A DNA stretch of 64,000 nucleotides from Candidatus Aminicenantes bacterium (lineage in GTDB: Bacteria; Acidobacteriota; Aminicenantia; Aminicenantales; JAFGAV01), in assembly GCA_963705895.1 (NCBI GenBank), contig OY970122.1, positions 2,914,774 through 2,978,773 of the forward strand, read 5' to 3'. The translations under genes were made by a program, and so were the position numbers. Position 1 is the first letter of the stretch; each line of letters starts with the position of its first letter. The notes under the pieces were generated by a model that made no database searches, had not been told where the DNA came from, and was given only the letters and a program-made list of their open reading frames with translations. Of this stretch, positions 40,876 through 51,134 are shown piece by piece.

Positions 40876-41709
40876 CTATAAGACAAGCGCTTCATCGAGG
40901 GCAAAACGGCCGTGCTCGTCCATCTTCACCCGGCCCGCGGGGATATGGGGGTCATGACAAAAAACAACGATCCAGCGCCCGGCGACCGCGCGGCGCAGGA
41001 AATCCTCTTTCTCCCGGAGAAGCGTCTCGGCCGACATGTCATAGCCCATCAAGAAAGGGAGGGGGAGATGATGAGAGGTGGGTATCAAGTCCGAGGGGAA
41101 GGCAATGGATTCCGCGCCGTTCTTGACTTCTAGCCATTGCTGACCCCTCGTATGTCCGTTATTGCCGTGAACCCAGAGGCCAGGGTAGATTTCCTGCGAT
41201 CCGTGAGTGAGCTCGAGGGAAGCCTGCTCGAGAACCCGCACATTCTCGCTCAGGTAGCTGGCCCTCTCGCGGGGATTGGGGTTGCGGGCGGTTTGGTAGT
41301 TGTCCTCTTGGAGAAAGACCCGGGCCTGCGGATAGCAGAGTTCGAGATCGGCGGCACTCCCGGGCCGGTACCTGGATATCCCCCCGCCATGGTCGAAGTG
41401 AAGATGAGAGAGGACGATGTCCGTAACGGTCTCGGGGTCGATACCTGTTTCTTTCGGAGAGAAATGACGGATGGCGTAGATCCGCCGAAGTTTTTCGGAC
41501 CACTTGTCCCCCGAGCCCGCGTCCACCAAGAATCGTCTCTCGCCGGTGTCGACGAAGAGGGCCCGGGTAGCAAGAGAAATACAATTTTCTGCATCGGGGG
41601 AGATCAGACCGGACCAGATATTCTTGGGGACCGTCCCGAACATCGCCCCTCCGTCCAGGCGGTAAAAGCCGAGATTGGGGGCGGAGACTCTGAATTTTCC
41701 GAAAGTCAT
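40876..41709 (-). CDS. MBL-fold metallo-hydrolase
   Basis: HLHFDHGGG motif. Confidence 0.85.
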   Translation of the reverse strand: MTFGKFRVSAPNLGFYRLDGGAMFGTVPKNIWSGLISPDAENCISLATRALFVDTGERRFLVDAGSGDKWSEKLRRIYAIRHFSPKETGIDPETVTDIVLSHLHFDHGGGISRYRPGSAADLELCYPQARVFLQEDNYQTARNPNPRERASYLSENVRVLEQASLELTHGSQEIYPGLWVHGNNGHTRGQQWLEVKNGAESIAFPSDLIPTSHHLPLPFLMGYDMSAETLLREKEDFLRRAVAGRWIVVFCHDPHIPAGRVKMDEHGRFALDEALVL

Positions 41710-42011
41710 CGGGCGAACGCTGGCCTCTTCCGTAACCGCCGGCGGCAGGGAATTCCAGAAAACATCTCAATATCAAGTTACCACACCGGGGGCACTCCAA
41801 CAAGGATTCGTTGTCCTGGACTTCGAGGATCAAAGTCCGGCGTCAGCCCATCCCCGATTGGGGCCGGGTAACCCGCCGGCGGGCCATGACCCGAGCGCGC
41901 CCGGGACCCATCCCCCGGGCCCATGTGTTTGGGGTTGCCCGCAACGGAGAAATTTTGTATCTTGGGAATGCCATAATTCTTCGTCGGTCATATCTTCAAA
42001 GGAGTCCGATC

Positions 42012-43430
42012 ATGATTCATAAGCCCTCGGTCATCAAGCTCGACCAAATCGCCGACATCCTGGCCCGTGAGTTCAAGGGGCGGGACACCATCACCTGCTA
42101 TGTCGGCTCCAATGCGGCGGTGCCCACGGCCTCCCTGGAATCGCTGACCGCCGCCCTGAAAGCGCGCAGCCCCAAGCTTCCCTACATCAGGATGGTCCAT
42201 CTCCTTCTTCAGGGCCCCGTCCCGTACGTTGAGGAAGGGCTTCAGGACCGCGTCATGACCTATTCGATCTTCTCTGCGGGCCAAGTCCGAAAGGCGGCCA
42301 ACGAGGGGCGCGCCTTCTACTTGCCGTGCACCCTTGCCAACCTGGACAGCCTGATCGGCCACGGCCGGCCGTATCAGCCCGATGTCGCTCTTTTTAAGGT
42401 GCGGCCGCACGAGATCACCGGCGAGTACAGTCTGGGGTTGTCCGTGGAGGCCATCCACACGGCCGTCGATCAGGCCCGCGTGGTGATGGCCGAGGTCGAT
42501 TTCAGCATGCCCTTCACCCAGGGACAAAGCATTGTCGACGCCCAGTCCATCGATTACCTGATCGACGACGATGACGTCAAGAGCTGTTACGATTTCCCCA
42601 GTCCCGATTTTTCCAACTTGCCCAAGGCCGAGCACCGGATCGGGGAACTCATCACTCAATATTTCATCTGCGATGGAGCCACTCTGCAGGTGGGAATCGG
42701 ACAGATCCCGGATGCGGTTGTCGGGACGATCCATGAGTCGAACTACAAAGACCTCGGCATCCAAACCGAGCTCTACGGCGACGGTCTGATGCGCCTGCAA
42801 AGGTCGGGCATCGTGACCAACCGGCATAAGAAGCAGCACATGGGCTACAGCGCGACCTCCCTCATCATGGGCTCCACGGAGCTGTATGAGTTCGTCCATA
42901 TGCGAGCAGGAATCCAGATGACACCCTGCGCCATCACCAACGCCGCGGAAGTCGTCCGGCGCAACAGCCCTTTTATCTCCATCAACACGTCCATGGGTGT
43001 CGACCTGTTCGGCAATGTCTGGGCCGACTACATCGACGCCCACCGCTATTACAGCGGCGTCGGCGGCCAGCCGGATTTTGTCCGCGCCCTTAACGATCCC
43101 GCCTACGGCGTCCCCATCATCGCCTTTAAGAGCATCACCGACGACGGCCAATCGAAAATCGCCAAGGTCCATCCCTCGGGAGTCAGCTTGACGGCCTCGG
43201 CCTATGACGGCGTCGTCATCGTTGATGAATACGGGATCGCCGACCTGCGCGGCCTGACCGCCGGTGAAAAAGCCCTGGCCATCGCCAGCATCGCTCATCC
43301 CAAATATCGGGATGAGTATCTCAAGAGCATTTTCGACGACCCGATGTTTACCAAACCCCTCGGTGCGAGCCTGGGTCGGAAGCCGCTGGGCGTCACGATG
43401 TACGAAGGCCCGATCAAGCTCGAGGACTAA
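42012..43430 (+). CDS. Acetyl-CoA hydrolase/transferase family protein (Cat1/AbfT/4-hydroxybutyrate CoA-transferase-like)
   Basis: About 470 aa with a C-terminal GGQPDF-type region (SGVGGQPDFVRA). Confidence 0.85.
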   Translation: MIHKPSVIKLDQIADILAREFKGRDTITCYVGSNAAVPTASLESLTAALKARSPKLPYIRMVHLLLQGPVPYVEEGLQDRVMTYSIFSAGQVRKAANEGRAFYLPCTLANLDSLIGHGRPYQPDVALFKVRPHEITGEYSLGLSVEAIHTAVDQARVVMAEVDFSMPFTQGQSIVDAQSIDYLIDDDDVKSCYDFPSPDFSNLPKAEHRIGELITQYFICDGATLQVGIGQIPDAVVGTIHESNYKDLGIQTELYGDGLMRLQRSGIVTNRHKKQHMGYSATSLIMGSTELYEFVHMRAGIQMTPCAITNAAEVVRRNSPFISINTSMGVDLFGNVWADYIDAHRYYSGVGGQPDFVRALNDPAYGVPIIAFKSITDDGQSKIAKVHPSGVSLTASAYDGVVIVDEYGIADLRGLTAGEKALAIASIAHPKYRDEYLKSIFDDPMFTKPLGASLGRKPLGVTMYEGPIKLED

Positions 43431-43452
43431 GCCCGGGGCGCGGCGCTCATCC

Positions 43453-43935
43453 TCAGAGCTTAAGGGACAGGCGGTAGCGGCTCCCCAAATCCAGCCTGAC
43501 GAAGGAGCAGGATTCGATCACCGCCAGCTCGGGCAGGTTCCACTTGGCGATGCAGGCGTAGATCTCTTTATAGCCCTTGCGGCGGGCGTGTTCGATCGCC
43601 TTCCGGTGGAGCGCCTTCGAGACCCCCTTGTTCCGGAACGCCTCGGAAACAAAGGTGATCTGCAGGTAGTACTCCGGCGGTTTCCAGAGGGGCGACCCGG
43701 ATAGGACGTCGTACATGTTGTCGACTTCAGGGGAGCCCAGTGAGGGACGGCCGATCATGTAGCCGATGATCCGGCCTCCGGCTTCGGCGACGAACGTCTC
43801 GTACCGTGTCCCCGGCTTCAGATAGCGGGTCCTGTAGTTGCGGAGGCCTGATTGGATTCGGACTTCCGGGAATTTTCGAGCGAGCTCGGATTCGAATTCG
43901 CGGACGAGGACAAGCACATTGGCCAAGTCGGACAT
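43453..43935 (-). CDS. GNAT family N-acetyltransferase
   Basis: Motif A region ITFVSEAFRNKGVSKALHRKAIEHARRKG. Start MSDLANV. Confidence 0.8.
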   Translation of the reverse strand: MSDLANVLVLVREFESELARKFPEVRIQSGLRNYRTRYLKPGTRYETFVAEAGGRIIGYMIGRPSLGSPEVDNMYDVLSGSPLWKPPEYYLQITFVSEAFRNKGVSKALHRKAIEHARRKGYKEIYACIAKWNLPELAVIESCSFVRLDLGSRYRLSLKL

Positions 43936-44135
43936 CCGATAGTTTCGGACTTTGAACTTGAAGCCCTCACTATCGGGGCGGCGCCCACCCTTTTGCTTGC
44001 CCCGGTCCCCGTCGTTTCGAATCATGCTCGGTTCGGCCGTATCATTCCTGCCGCTGATGTTGGATCCCCGTCGGGCGGCAGCCCCTCCCGCCGCTGGGGC
44101 CGGGCCGCGCCGGGCGGCTCGACAGACATCCATTA

Positions 44136-44918
44136 TTATCTTAAGAAAATCTTCTCCGGATCGACCTCCTCCCGGAGAATTCGGAGTTCTTCCTCGGTTG
44201 GAGGGATCGTTTCCACGGCCTCTTTGATATCCAGGGCGAAGCCGGTCGCCTCGGCGACCGATCGGGCCTTGAGGCCCGGATGATAGCTGGCCAAGTAGAT
44301 CTCCTTGGAATCCGCACGGAAGCGCATTACGCCCATAGTGGTGACGACCGTGTTTGGCCCGCCCCAGGGGAGGCCCGATTTTCGCCGGGTCGTCCCGCCC
44401 TCCAGCCAGCCCGGGCTCGTGATGTAGTCGACTTTTTCCGGGAAGCGGCGCTTTTCATGCTTGGCGATAATGATCGTCCGCCTGGCCAGGCAGGCGATGT
44501 CACAGGCTCCGCCGCTCCCCGAGAAGCGCACCGAGGGCCTCCGGGGATTCGGACCGATCGAGGTGCTGTTGATGTTGCCGAAACGGTCCACCTGGGCTCC
44601 GCTCAGGAAGCCGATATCCACGCGTCCCGCCTGGAGGACATAAGTGAAGACCTCCATCAGCCCGGCTGCGCTGGCGGCTCCGCGCATCACCCGAGGGTCG
44701 CCGACCGACATGGGCAGATGGGCCAATTGACTGTCCACCGTCCCCGCCTCAAAGACGATGATACACCGCGGGGCGTGAGTCCGCTGGGCGAGCATGACTC
44801 CCAGCATGGGCAGGCCGGTGCCGGCGAAAACCACCTCGCCGTCTCCGATCTCGCGAGCAGCAGCCACGGCCATCAGCTCGGTTAAGGTGTAATCAGAAGT
44901 CGTCATGGCTCTGGTCAC
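44136..44918 (-). CDS. CoA-transferase subunit B (glutaconate CoA-transferase/AibB-like)
   Basis: Family I CoA-transferase beta-subunit motifs (GSGGACDIA). Confidence 0.85.
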   Translation of the reverse strand: MTRAMTTSDYTLTELMAVAAAREIGDGEVVFAGTGLPMLGVMLAQRTHAPRCIIVFEAGTVDSQLAHLPMSVGDPRVMRGAASAAGLMEVFTYVLQAGRVDIGFLSGAQVDRFGNINSTSIGPNPRRPSVRFSGSGGACDIACLARRTIIIAKHEKRRFPEKVDYITSPGWLEGGTTRRKSGLPWGGPNTVVTTMGVMRFRADSKEIYLASYHPGLKARSVAEATGFALDIKEAVETIPPTEEELRILREEVDPEKIFLR

Positions 44919-45874
44919 CTCCGCTTGAGGTCGGGGCTGTAGCCGAAGCCGGGCGCGGCCCTAAGAGCATCGAGACGAGCCTGACCGCCCACGGCCTTTA
45001 AGTAGGCCTCATGGTCCCGGACGCCCAGAACGTACCTTTCTAGATAGCGCTGGAACCCGTCATCGTCCCGTGCCCCCTCATGGTATTCCTTCAATTGCAA
45101 AGGGTCATAATCATAATAGTTATAGACGGCGTAAGGGTGAGCTCCATAGGGCACGAGACAAACATGGGTCACAGCGAAATGCGGGATTGGATTTCGCTCG
45201 GGCTCACGGCGCAGGGAGTCTTCGTCGACGATCTCTTCCGCGGTCACGATGACCGTCCTCGCGCAGAGGGCCTGCTGGACGTCGGCGAAGGTCTGTCCCT
45301 CGATCCGCAAGGTGCCTTTCTCGGTCGCCTTCTGGACATGGAGGACGGCGAAGTCAGTGTGGATGGCCGGCACGAGAACCACCTGCTCTCCAGGCTCAAA
45401 AGGAGAGGCCATCACATGGAGTTTTTTGGAGGCCGTGTGCGGATCGGTCCTCCTCCGTGCCGGGCCCAAGGCCTCCTGTTCCAGAAGGTCGCTCCCCAGC
45501 AGGCTGCGAACCGGCATGAACGGGATGCCCATGGCCCCGGCCGTGAATCGGGCGACCATCGTGAAATTGCTGTAATCCTCCCACTCGATCCGCCCGCTCT
45601 CCACGGCCATCCGCCAGCGCGGGCCCACGGTGTTGAAGGCCTCATCGGCCTCGTAGGCAAGTTCCACCCTCTTGACGGCTCCGGCCCCGATCAGGATATC
45701 CCAATCCCCTCCCGGCGAATGTCCGAACAGGTAGAGGTCTTTCTTTTTCTGACGGATGAGTTCATAGACAAAGGCCATGGGATGACGCTGGGTAGTGAAA
45801 CCTCCGAAGGAGATCGTGGCGCCGTCTGGAATCAGGGCCGCGGCCGAGTGAAGGTCGATCACTTTTCCTGGCAT
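44915..45874 (-). CDS. CoA-transferase subunit A (glutaconate CoA-transferase/AibA-like)
   Basis: Family I CoA-transferase alpha subunit. ATGA overlap with subunit B. Divergent from the HMGCS gene. Confidence 0.85.
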   Translation of the reverse strand: MPGKVIDLHSAAALIPDGATISFGGFTTQRHPMAFVYELIRQKKKDLYLFGHSPGGDWDILIGAGAVKRVELAYEADEAFNTVGPRWRMAVESGRIEWEDYSNFTMVARFTAGAMGIPFMPVRSLLGSDLLEQEALGPARRRTDPHTASKKLHVMASPFEPGEQVVLVPAIHTDFAVLHVQKATEKGTLRIEGQTFADVQQALCARTVIVTAEEIVDEDSLRREPERNPIPHFAVTHVCLVPYGAHPYAVYNYYDYDPLQLKEYHEGARDDDGFQRYLERYVLGVRDHEAYLKAVGGQARLDALRAAPGFGYSPDLKRR

Positions 45875-46058
45875 GCGAATCCTCCTTCGATGGGGCCTAT
45901 TCTAGATCAGCTTCCTCCCTAAATCAATTCCGCATCTTGACTTCGCGCCGAAGATATGGAAGGATAAATAATCTTGAAACTGGCCAAGCGATCCTTTCCC
46001 TGGTTTTCACCCGTCCCCAAAGCTGAGGCCTAAGTCTGCCTGGAAGGAGGTCCCGTCC

Positions 46059-47105
46059 ATGTCCGGAATCATCGGCTATGGAGCCTACATTCCCCGGAAT
46101 CGAATCAAAGTCGAGGAGATTGCCAAGGTTTGGGGAGCGGACGCCCCGAGCTATAAAAAGGGGCTGCTGCTCGAGGAAAAATCCGTACCCTCCCCGGACC
46201 AGGATACGATCACCATGTCCGTGGAAGCCTCGAAGAATGCCCTAAGAAGGGCCGGCATCGATCCGCGGGAGATCGGAGCTGTTTATATCGGGTCGGAATC
46301 TCATCCCTACGCCGTGAAGCCGAGCGGGACCGTGTTGGCGGAGGCCCTTGGCGCCACGCCCGACGTGCACACCGCGGACCTTGAATTCGCCTGCAAAGCC
46401 GGGACGGAGGGCATGTTCATCGCATTAAGCCTGGTCCAGGCGGGCGCGGTCAAGTATGGCTTGGCCGTAGGGGCCGACACATCTCAAGGGGCGCCCGGCG
46501 ACGCGCTCGAATACTCGGCTGCGGCTGGCGCGGCGGCCTTCATCTTCGGCAAGGACCGGCTCGTGGCCGAGGCCCTGGAGACGTATTCGTACACGACCGA
46601 TACCCCGGACTTTTGGCGGCGCGAGTATCAATATTATCCGCAGCACGGCGGCCGGTTTACCGGAGACCCGGCCTATTTTAAACACGTCGTGGGCGCCGCC
46701 CAGGGGTTGTTGGCCAAGGCCAAGATGAAGCCGTCCGATTTCGACTACGTCATCTTCCATCAGCCCAACGGCAAGTTTCCGCTCCGTGCCGGGGAAATCC
46801 TGGGCTTCGAGAGGAAGCAGATCGAGCCCGGGTGGCTGGTGCCCAAACTGGGCAATACCTATTCAGGGTCATCTCCCCTCGGGTTGACGGCCACTTTGGA
46901 TATCGCCAAGCCCGGCCAGATGATCATGCTGGTTTCCTACGGCTCTGGAGCGGGAAGCGACGGTTTCGTTTTTCGCGTCACGGACCGGATCGACGAGGTT
47001 CGGGGCCTGGCCCCCCGGACGCGCGACCTTCTCGAACGGGACAAGGTCTACCTTGAGTACGGGGTGTACGCCAAGTACCGCCGCAAGATCCGGAAGGCGA
47101 GCTAG
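46059..47105 (+). CDS. Hydroxymethylglutaryl-CoA synthase, short archaeal-type (348 aa)
   Basis: MSGIIGYGAYIPRNRI...ADLEFACKAGTEG (Cys nucleophile). Lacks the C-terminal extension of bacterial MvaS. Confidence 0.9.
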   Translation: MSGIIGYGAYIPRNRIKVEEIAKVWGADAPSYKKGLLLEEKSVPSPDQDTITMSVEASKNALRRAGIDPREIGAVYIGSESHPYAVKPSGTVLAEALGATPDVHTADLEFACKAGTEGMFIALSLVQAGAVKYGLAVGADTSQGAPGDALEYSAAAGAAAFIFGKDRLVAEALETYSYTTDTPDFWRREYQYYPQHGGRFTGDPAYFKHVVGAAQGLLAKAKMKPSDFDYVIFHQPNGKFPLRAGEILGFERKQIEPGWLVPKLGNTYSGSSPLGLTATLDIAKPGQMIMLVSYGSGAGSDGFVFRVTDRIDEVRGLAPRTRDLLERDKVYLEYGVYAKYRRKIRKAS

Positions 47106-47114
47106 GGGGCAACC

Positions 47115-48269
47115 ATGAGAGATGTCGCTGTCATCGGTGTCGGTATGACCAAATGGGGCGAGCTGTGGGACAAGCCGCTCCGGACGATCTTCGTCGAATC
47201 CGCTCTGCTGGCCATCCAGGACGCCGGCCTGGACAAGATCGATTCCATGGTCGTCGGCTGCATGTCCTCGGGCCTGTTCATCGGCCAGGAGCACCTGGCC
47301 TCCCTTCTGTCCGATTACCTGGGCCGGAACCCCATCCCGGCCACGCGGGTGGAGTCGGCCTGCTGCTCGGGAGGGCTGGCCCTCCGCCAGGGCTTTATAG
47401 AGGTCGCGTCCGGGATCAGCGACGTGGTCCTTGTCGGAGGTGTAGAGAAGATGACCGATGTGACGGGCTGCGAGGCAACCTACGCCCTGGGGACAGCGGC
47501 CGACCAGGAGTATGAAGGTTACCATGGGCTGACGTTCCCCGGACTGTACGCCATGATGGCCGTGGCCCACATGCATCGATACGGAACCACCCGGGACCAG
47601 TTGTCGATGGTCGCCGTTAAAAACCATGACAACGGCTCGAAAAACCCGTTGGCCCAGTTCCCATCCAAGGTTACGATCGAAATGGTGAACCAATCTGTGC
47701 TGGTGGCCGACCCCCTGCGAATTTTGGATTGTTCACCCATCACCGACGGAGCCGCAGCCGTTGTCCTGTGTCCGCTGGACATGGCCAAGAAAATGAAGAA
47801 ACCCGTAGTGCGAATCACGGGCAGCGGCCAGGCCACGGATACGATCTCTCTCAGTTCCCGGAAAGATATCACCCGGCTCGAATCGACCCGCGTCGCGGCG
47901 GGCAAGGCCCTGGCTATGGCCGGCCGGAAGATCGAAGACATGGATCTGTTCGAAGTCCATGACTGCTTCACCATCGCCGAGATCATGATTACCGAAGCCC
48001 TGGGGCTTGCGGCCCCTGGTCAGGGCGGAAAGGCGGTCGAGGAGGGGGTGACCGGACTTCGGGGAAAGCACCCCGTCAACCCCAGCGGCGGGCTCAAGTC
48101 CAAAGGCCATCCGGTTGGAGCAACGGGCATCGCCCAAGCCGTGGAAGTCGTCAAGCAGCTTCGCGGCGAAGCCGGCCCGCGTCAAATTAAAAACGCCAAG
48201 CGGGGCCTCACCCAGAACATGGGGGGCACGGGCGGCAGCGCCCTCGTCCATATTTTTGAGGCGGATTGA
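47115..48269 (+). CDS. Thiolase (acetyl-CoA C-acetyltransferase), archaeal/SCP-x type
   Basis: [15 protein letters not shown]...ESACCSGG (Cys) and C-terminal ...GHPVGATG. Confidence 0.9.
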   Translation: MRDVAVIGVGMTKWGELWDKPLRTIFVESALLAIQDAGLDKIDSMVVGCMSSGLFIGQEHLASLLSDYLGRNPIPATRVESACCSGGLALRQGFIEVASGISDVVLVGGVEKMTDVTGCEATYALGTAADQEYEGYHGLTFPGLYAMMAVAHMHRYGTTRDQLSMVAVKNHDNGSKNPLAQFPSKVTIEMVNQSVLVADPLRILDCSPITDGAAAVVLCPLDMAKKMKKPVVRITGSGQATDTISLSSRKDITRLESTRVAAGKALAMAGRKIEDMDLFEVHDCFTIAEIMITEALGLAAPGQGGKAVEEGVTGLRGKHPVNPSGGLKSKGHPVGATGIAQAVEVVKQLRGEAGPRQIKNAKRGLTQNMGGTGGSALVHIFEAD

Positions 48270-48281
48270 AAGGAGAGCCCG

Positions 48282-48674
48282 ATGCCTACACCCTCACGAT
48301 ACTGGCGTGAAATCCCCCAGCGCTACAGGCTGGAGGCGGAAAAATGCAAAGGCTGCAGCCTGATCCTGTTCCCACCCCGGCTGGTTTGTCCGCAATGCGG
48401 AAAGCAGGAATTCGAAAAAACGAAACTGGCCGGCACAGGAAAGCTTGTCACCTATACTATAATCCGGGTCGCGCCCGAGGGTTTCGAGGACCAGTCCCCC
48501 TACGCGGTCGGCATCGCCGAGCTGGACGACGGCGCCCACTTGACAGCCCAGGTTGTGGACTGCGATTTTTCACAGCTAAGAGTGGGACTGCGGGTCAAGC
48601 TCGAATTCCGCAAGATTCACGAGGACGGCGCGGCGGGAATTATTCATTACGGTTATAAGTTCGTCCCGGAATGA
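48282..48674 (+). CDS. DUF35 Zn-ribbon + OB-fold protein (scaffold of the thiolase/HMGCS complex)
   Basis: CKGCSLILFPPRLVCPQCG rubredoxin-like knuckle followed by an OB-fold. Confidence 0.85.
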   Translation: MPTPSRYWREIPQRYRLEAEKCKGCSLILFPPRLVCPQCGKQEFEKTKLAGTGKLVTYTIIRVAPEGFEDQSPYAVGIAELDDGAHLTAQVVDCDFSQLRVGLRVKLEFRKIHEDGAAGIIHYGYKFVPE

Positions 48675-48677
48675 ATC

Positions 48678-50285
48678 ATGTTTAGGATCGAATCCAAGGT
48701 CGACACCCAGAACCCGGACTATAAGCAGAATTTCGAACATCTCAGCCGGCAGGTGGCCGAGCACAAGGCCCTCTTGGCTAAAGTCCAGGAGGGAGGGCCG
48801 CCCAAGGCCCGTGAACTTCACAAATCCCGGAAGAAGCTCCTCGTCCGGGAGCGCCTGGACAGACTCTTCGACCGCAACACACCCTTCCTGGAACTGAGTC
48901 CCCTGGCCGCCTGGAATATGTACGACAACGAGGCGCCCGGGGCGGGAATGGTCACGGGCGTCGGCGTCGTCCACGGCCGCGAGGTGCTGGTCGTGGCCAA
49001 CGACGCCACGGTCAAGGGCGGGACCTATTTCCCCATGACCATCAAGAAGCACATTCGCGCTCAGGAAGTGGCCATGGAAAACCGGCTGCCCTGCATCTAC
49101 CTCGTCGATTCGGGCGGGATTTTCCTGCCGCATCAAGCCGGGACGTTTCCCGATAAGGAGCACTTCGGCCGAATCTTCTACAATCAGGCGCGACTGTCCG
49201 CCATGGGCATTCCCCAAATCTCGATCGTCATGGGTTCGTGCACGGCCGGGGGGGCCTACGTTCCGGCCATGAGCGACGAGACGGTCATCGTCAGGCGCCA
49301 GGGCACCATCTTCATCGGCGGCCCCCCTCTGGTCAAGGCGGCCACGGGCGAAGAGGTCACGGACGAAGATCTGGGCGGGGCCGACGTCCACTGCCGGATC
49401 TCCGGCGTCTCGGACTATTACGCTCAAAACGACGAACACGCCCTGGAGATCGCCCGCAACATCGTCGAAACCCTCGACCCTCCGCGGCGCTTCGAGCTTG
49501 GCAGGGCCGATCCCGAAGACCCCTACTACGATCCCCGGGAGATCTACGGGATTATTCCTCGCGACCTTCGCCGGCACTTCGACATCAAGGAGGTCATCGC
49601 CCGCCTCGTGGACGGCAGCCGCTTCCAGGAGTTCAAGGAACTTTACGCCCAGACGCTCGTGTGCGGTTTCGCCCGTATCATGGGCTATCCGGTCGGCATC
49701 CTGGCCAACAACGGCGTCCTCTTTTCGGAGAGCTCGCTCAAGGGAGCGCATTTCATCACCCTGTGCAGCATGCGCAAGGTGCCGCTCATTTTCCTCCAGA
49801 ACATCACCGGGTTTATCGTGGGCAAACAGTACGAACACCACGGAATCGCCAAGGACGGGGCCAAGCTCGTCCACGCCGTGGCCAATGCCGACGTGCCCAA
49901 GCTGACCGTGATCGTCGGCGGTTCCTACGGCGCCGGAAACTATGCCATGTGCGGCCGGGCCTACCAGCCGCGCCTCCTCTGGATGTGGCCCAACGCCCGG
50001 ATCAGCGTCATGGGCGGCGAGCAGGCAGCCGGCGTCCTGGTCACGGTCAAGGTCAAGCGGCTCCAGGAGCAGGGCCGACAAATGACGGAAGAAGAGAAGA
50101 AGGCCATGATCAAGCCCATCCTGGAAAAATACGAAGAGGAAGCCAGCCCCTGCTATAGCACAGCCAGGCTCTGGGACGACGGCATCCTCGACCCCTTGGA
50201 GACGCGCTCGGCCCTGGCCCTGGGAATCGCCATGAGCCTGAACGCGCCCATTCCGGACTACAAGGTTGGAATCTTCAGAATGTGA
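48678..50285 (+). CDS. 3-Methylcrotonyl-CoA carboxylase carboxyltransferase (beta) subunit-like acyl-CoA carboxylase
   Basis: 535-aa carboxyltransferase, two crotonase-fold domains. N-terminus resembles MccB/LiuB. Confidence 0.85.
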   Translation: MFRIESKVDTQNPDYKQNFEHLSRQVAEHKALLAKVQEGGPPKARELHKSRKKLLVRERLDRLFDRNTPFLELSPLAAWNMYDNEAPGAGMVTGVGVVHGREVLVVANDATVKGGTYFPMTIKKHIRAQEVAMENRLPCIYLVDSGGIFLPHQAGTFPDKEHFGRIFYNQARLSAMGIPQISIVMGSCTAGGAYVPAMSDETVIVRRQGTIFIGGPPLVKAATGEEVTDEDLGGADVHCRISGVSDYYAQNDEHALEIARNIVETLDPPRRFELGRADPEDPYYDPREIYGIIPRDLRRHFDIKEVIARLVDGSRFQEFKELYAQTLVCGFARIMGYPVGILANNGVLFSESSLKGAHFITLCSMRKVPLIFLQNITGFIVGKQYEHHGIAKDGAKLVHAVANADVPKLTVIVGGSYGAGNYAMCGRAYQPRLLWMWPNARISVMGGEQAAGVLVTVKVKRLQEQGRQMTEEEKKAMIKPILEKYEEEASPCYSTARLWDDGILDPLETRSALALGIAMSLNAPIPDYKVGIFRM

Positions 50286-50310
50286 CCGGGAGCCGCACCA
50301 GGGGAAGGAT

Positions 50311-51105
50311 ATGAGGGACAAGTCCTACGCAACGATCCGAGTGTCGCGGGAAGGACAGACAGTCGGCCTTTGGCTGAACCGGCCCGAGGTGCACAACGCC
50401 TTCAACGCGCTGATGATTCGCGAGTTGCGGGACGCTCTCCGGATCATCAGGACCGACACGTCGGCGCGCGTCGTTATCCTCTCGGGACAAGGGGCTTCCT
50501 TTTGCGCCGGCGCCGACCTGAACTGGATGCGCGAAATCATACGTTTTTCCTACGAACAAAACCTTCAGGAATCCCTGGACCTGGCCGGATTCCTTTACGA
50601 GCTTTATAACCTGCCCAAGCCGACCGTCGCCCGCGTCAACGGCGCGGCCATCGGCGGCGGCGCAGGATTCGTCGCCGCGTGCGATATCGTCGTGGCTTCG
50701 TCCGAGGCCAAGTTCGGCCTGAGCGAGGTGAAGATCGGTCTGGTACCCGCCTGCATCGCGCCCTATGTCCTGCGGAAGATGGGAGAGGGGTGGTGCCGCC
50801 AGTATTTCCTGACGGGCGAGCGTTTCGATGCCAAGCGAGGCCGGGACATCGGACTGGTTCACATCGTGGCCAAGCCCGCGGAACTGGACAGCCGGATCGA
50901 GGAGCTCATCGGCCGCCTCCTGACGTCGGGGCCTGAAGCCATGGCCAAGGCCAAAGAGCTGCTGGGGCGCGTTCCGGGCATGAGCTTCAAGGAGGCTCAG
51001 CGCTTCACGGCCGAGATGATCGCCGGGCTGAGGACAAGCCCGGAGGGGCAGGAAGGCATGGCCGCTTTCCTTGAGAAACGAAAACCGAAATGGGTCAAGG
51101 ATTAG
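50311..51105 (+). CDS. Enoyl-CoA hydratase family (methylglutaconyl-CoA hydratase/LiuC-like)
   Basis: Crotonase motifs ...ASFCAGADL...GGG. Confidence 0.85.
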   Translation: MRDKSYATIRVSREGQTVGLWLNRPEVHNAFNALMIRELRDALRIIRTDTSARVVILSGQGASFCAGADLNWMREIIRFSYEQNLQESLDLAGFLYELYNLPKPTVARVNGAAIGGGAGFVAACDIVVASSEAKFGLSEVKIGLVPACIAPYVLRKMGEGWCRQYFLTGERFDAKRGRDIGLVHIVAKPAELDSRIEELIGRLLTSGPEAMAKAKELLGRVPGMSFKEAQRFTAEMIAGLRTSPEGQEGMAAFLEKRKPKWVKD

Positions 51106-51134
51106 AGAGATTGCAGGTGCCCAAAGAGAGGTCG

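Noticed and set aside
48576-50321. 581-aa minus-strand ORF
   Set aside because: Antisense to the carboxyltransferase gene.
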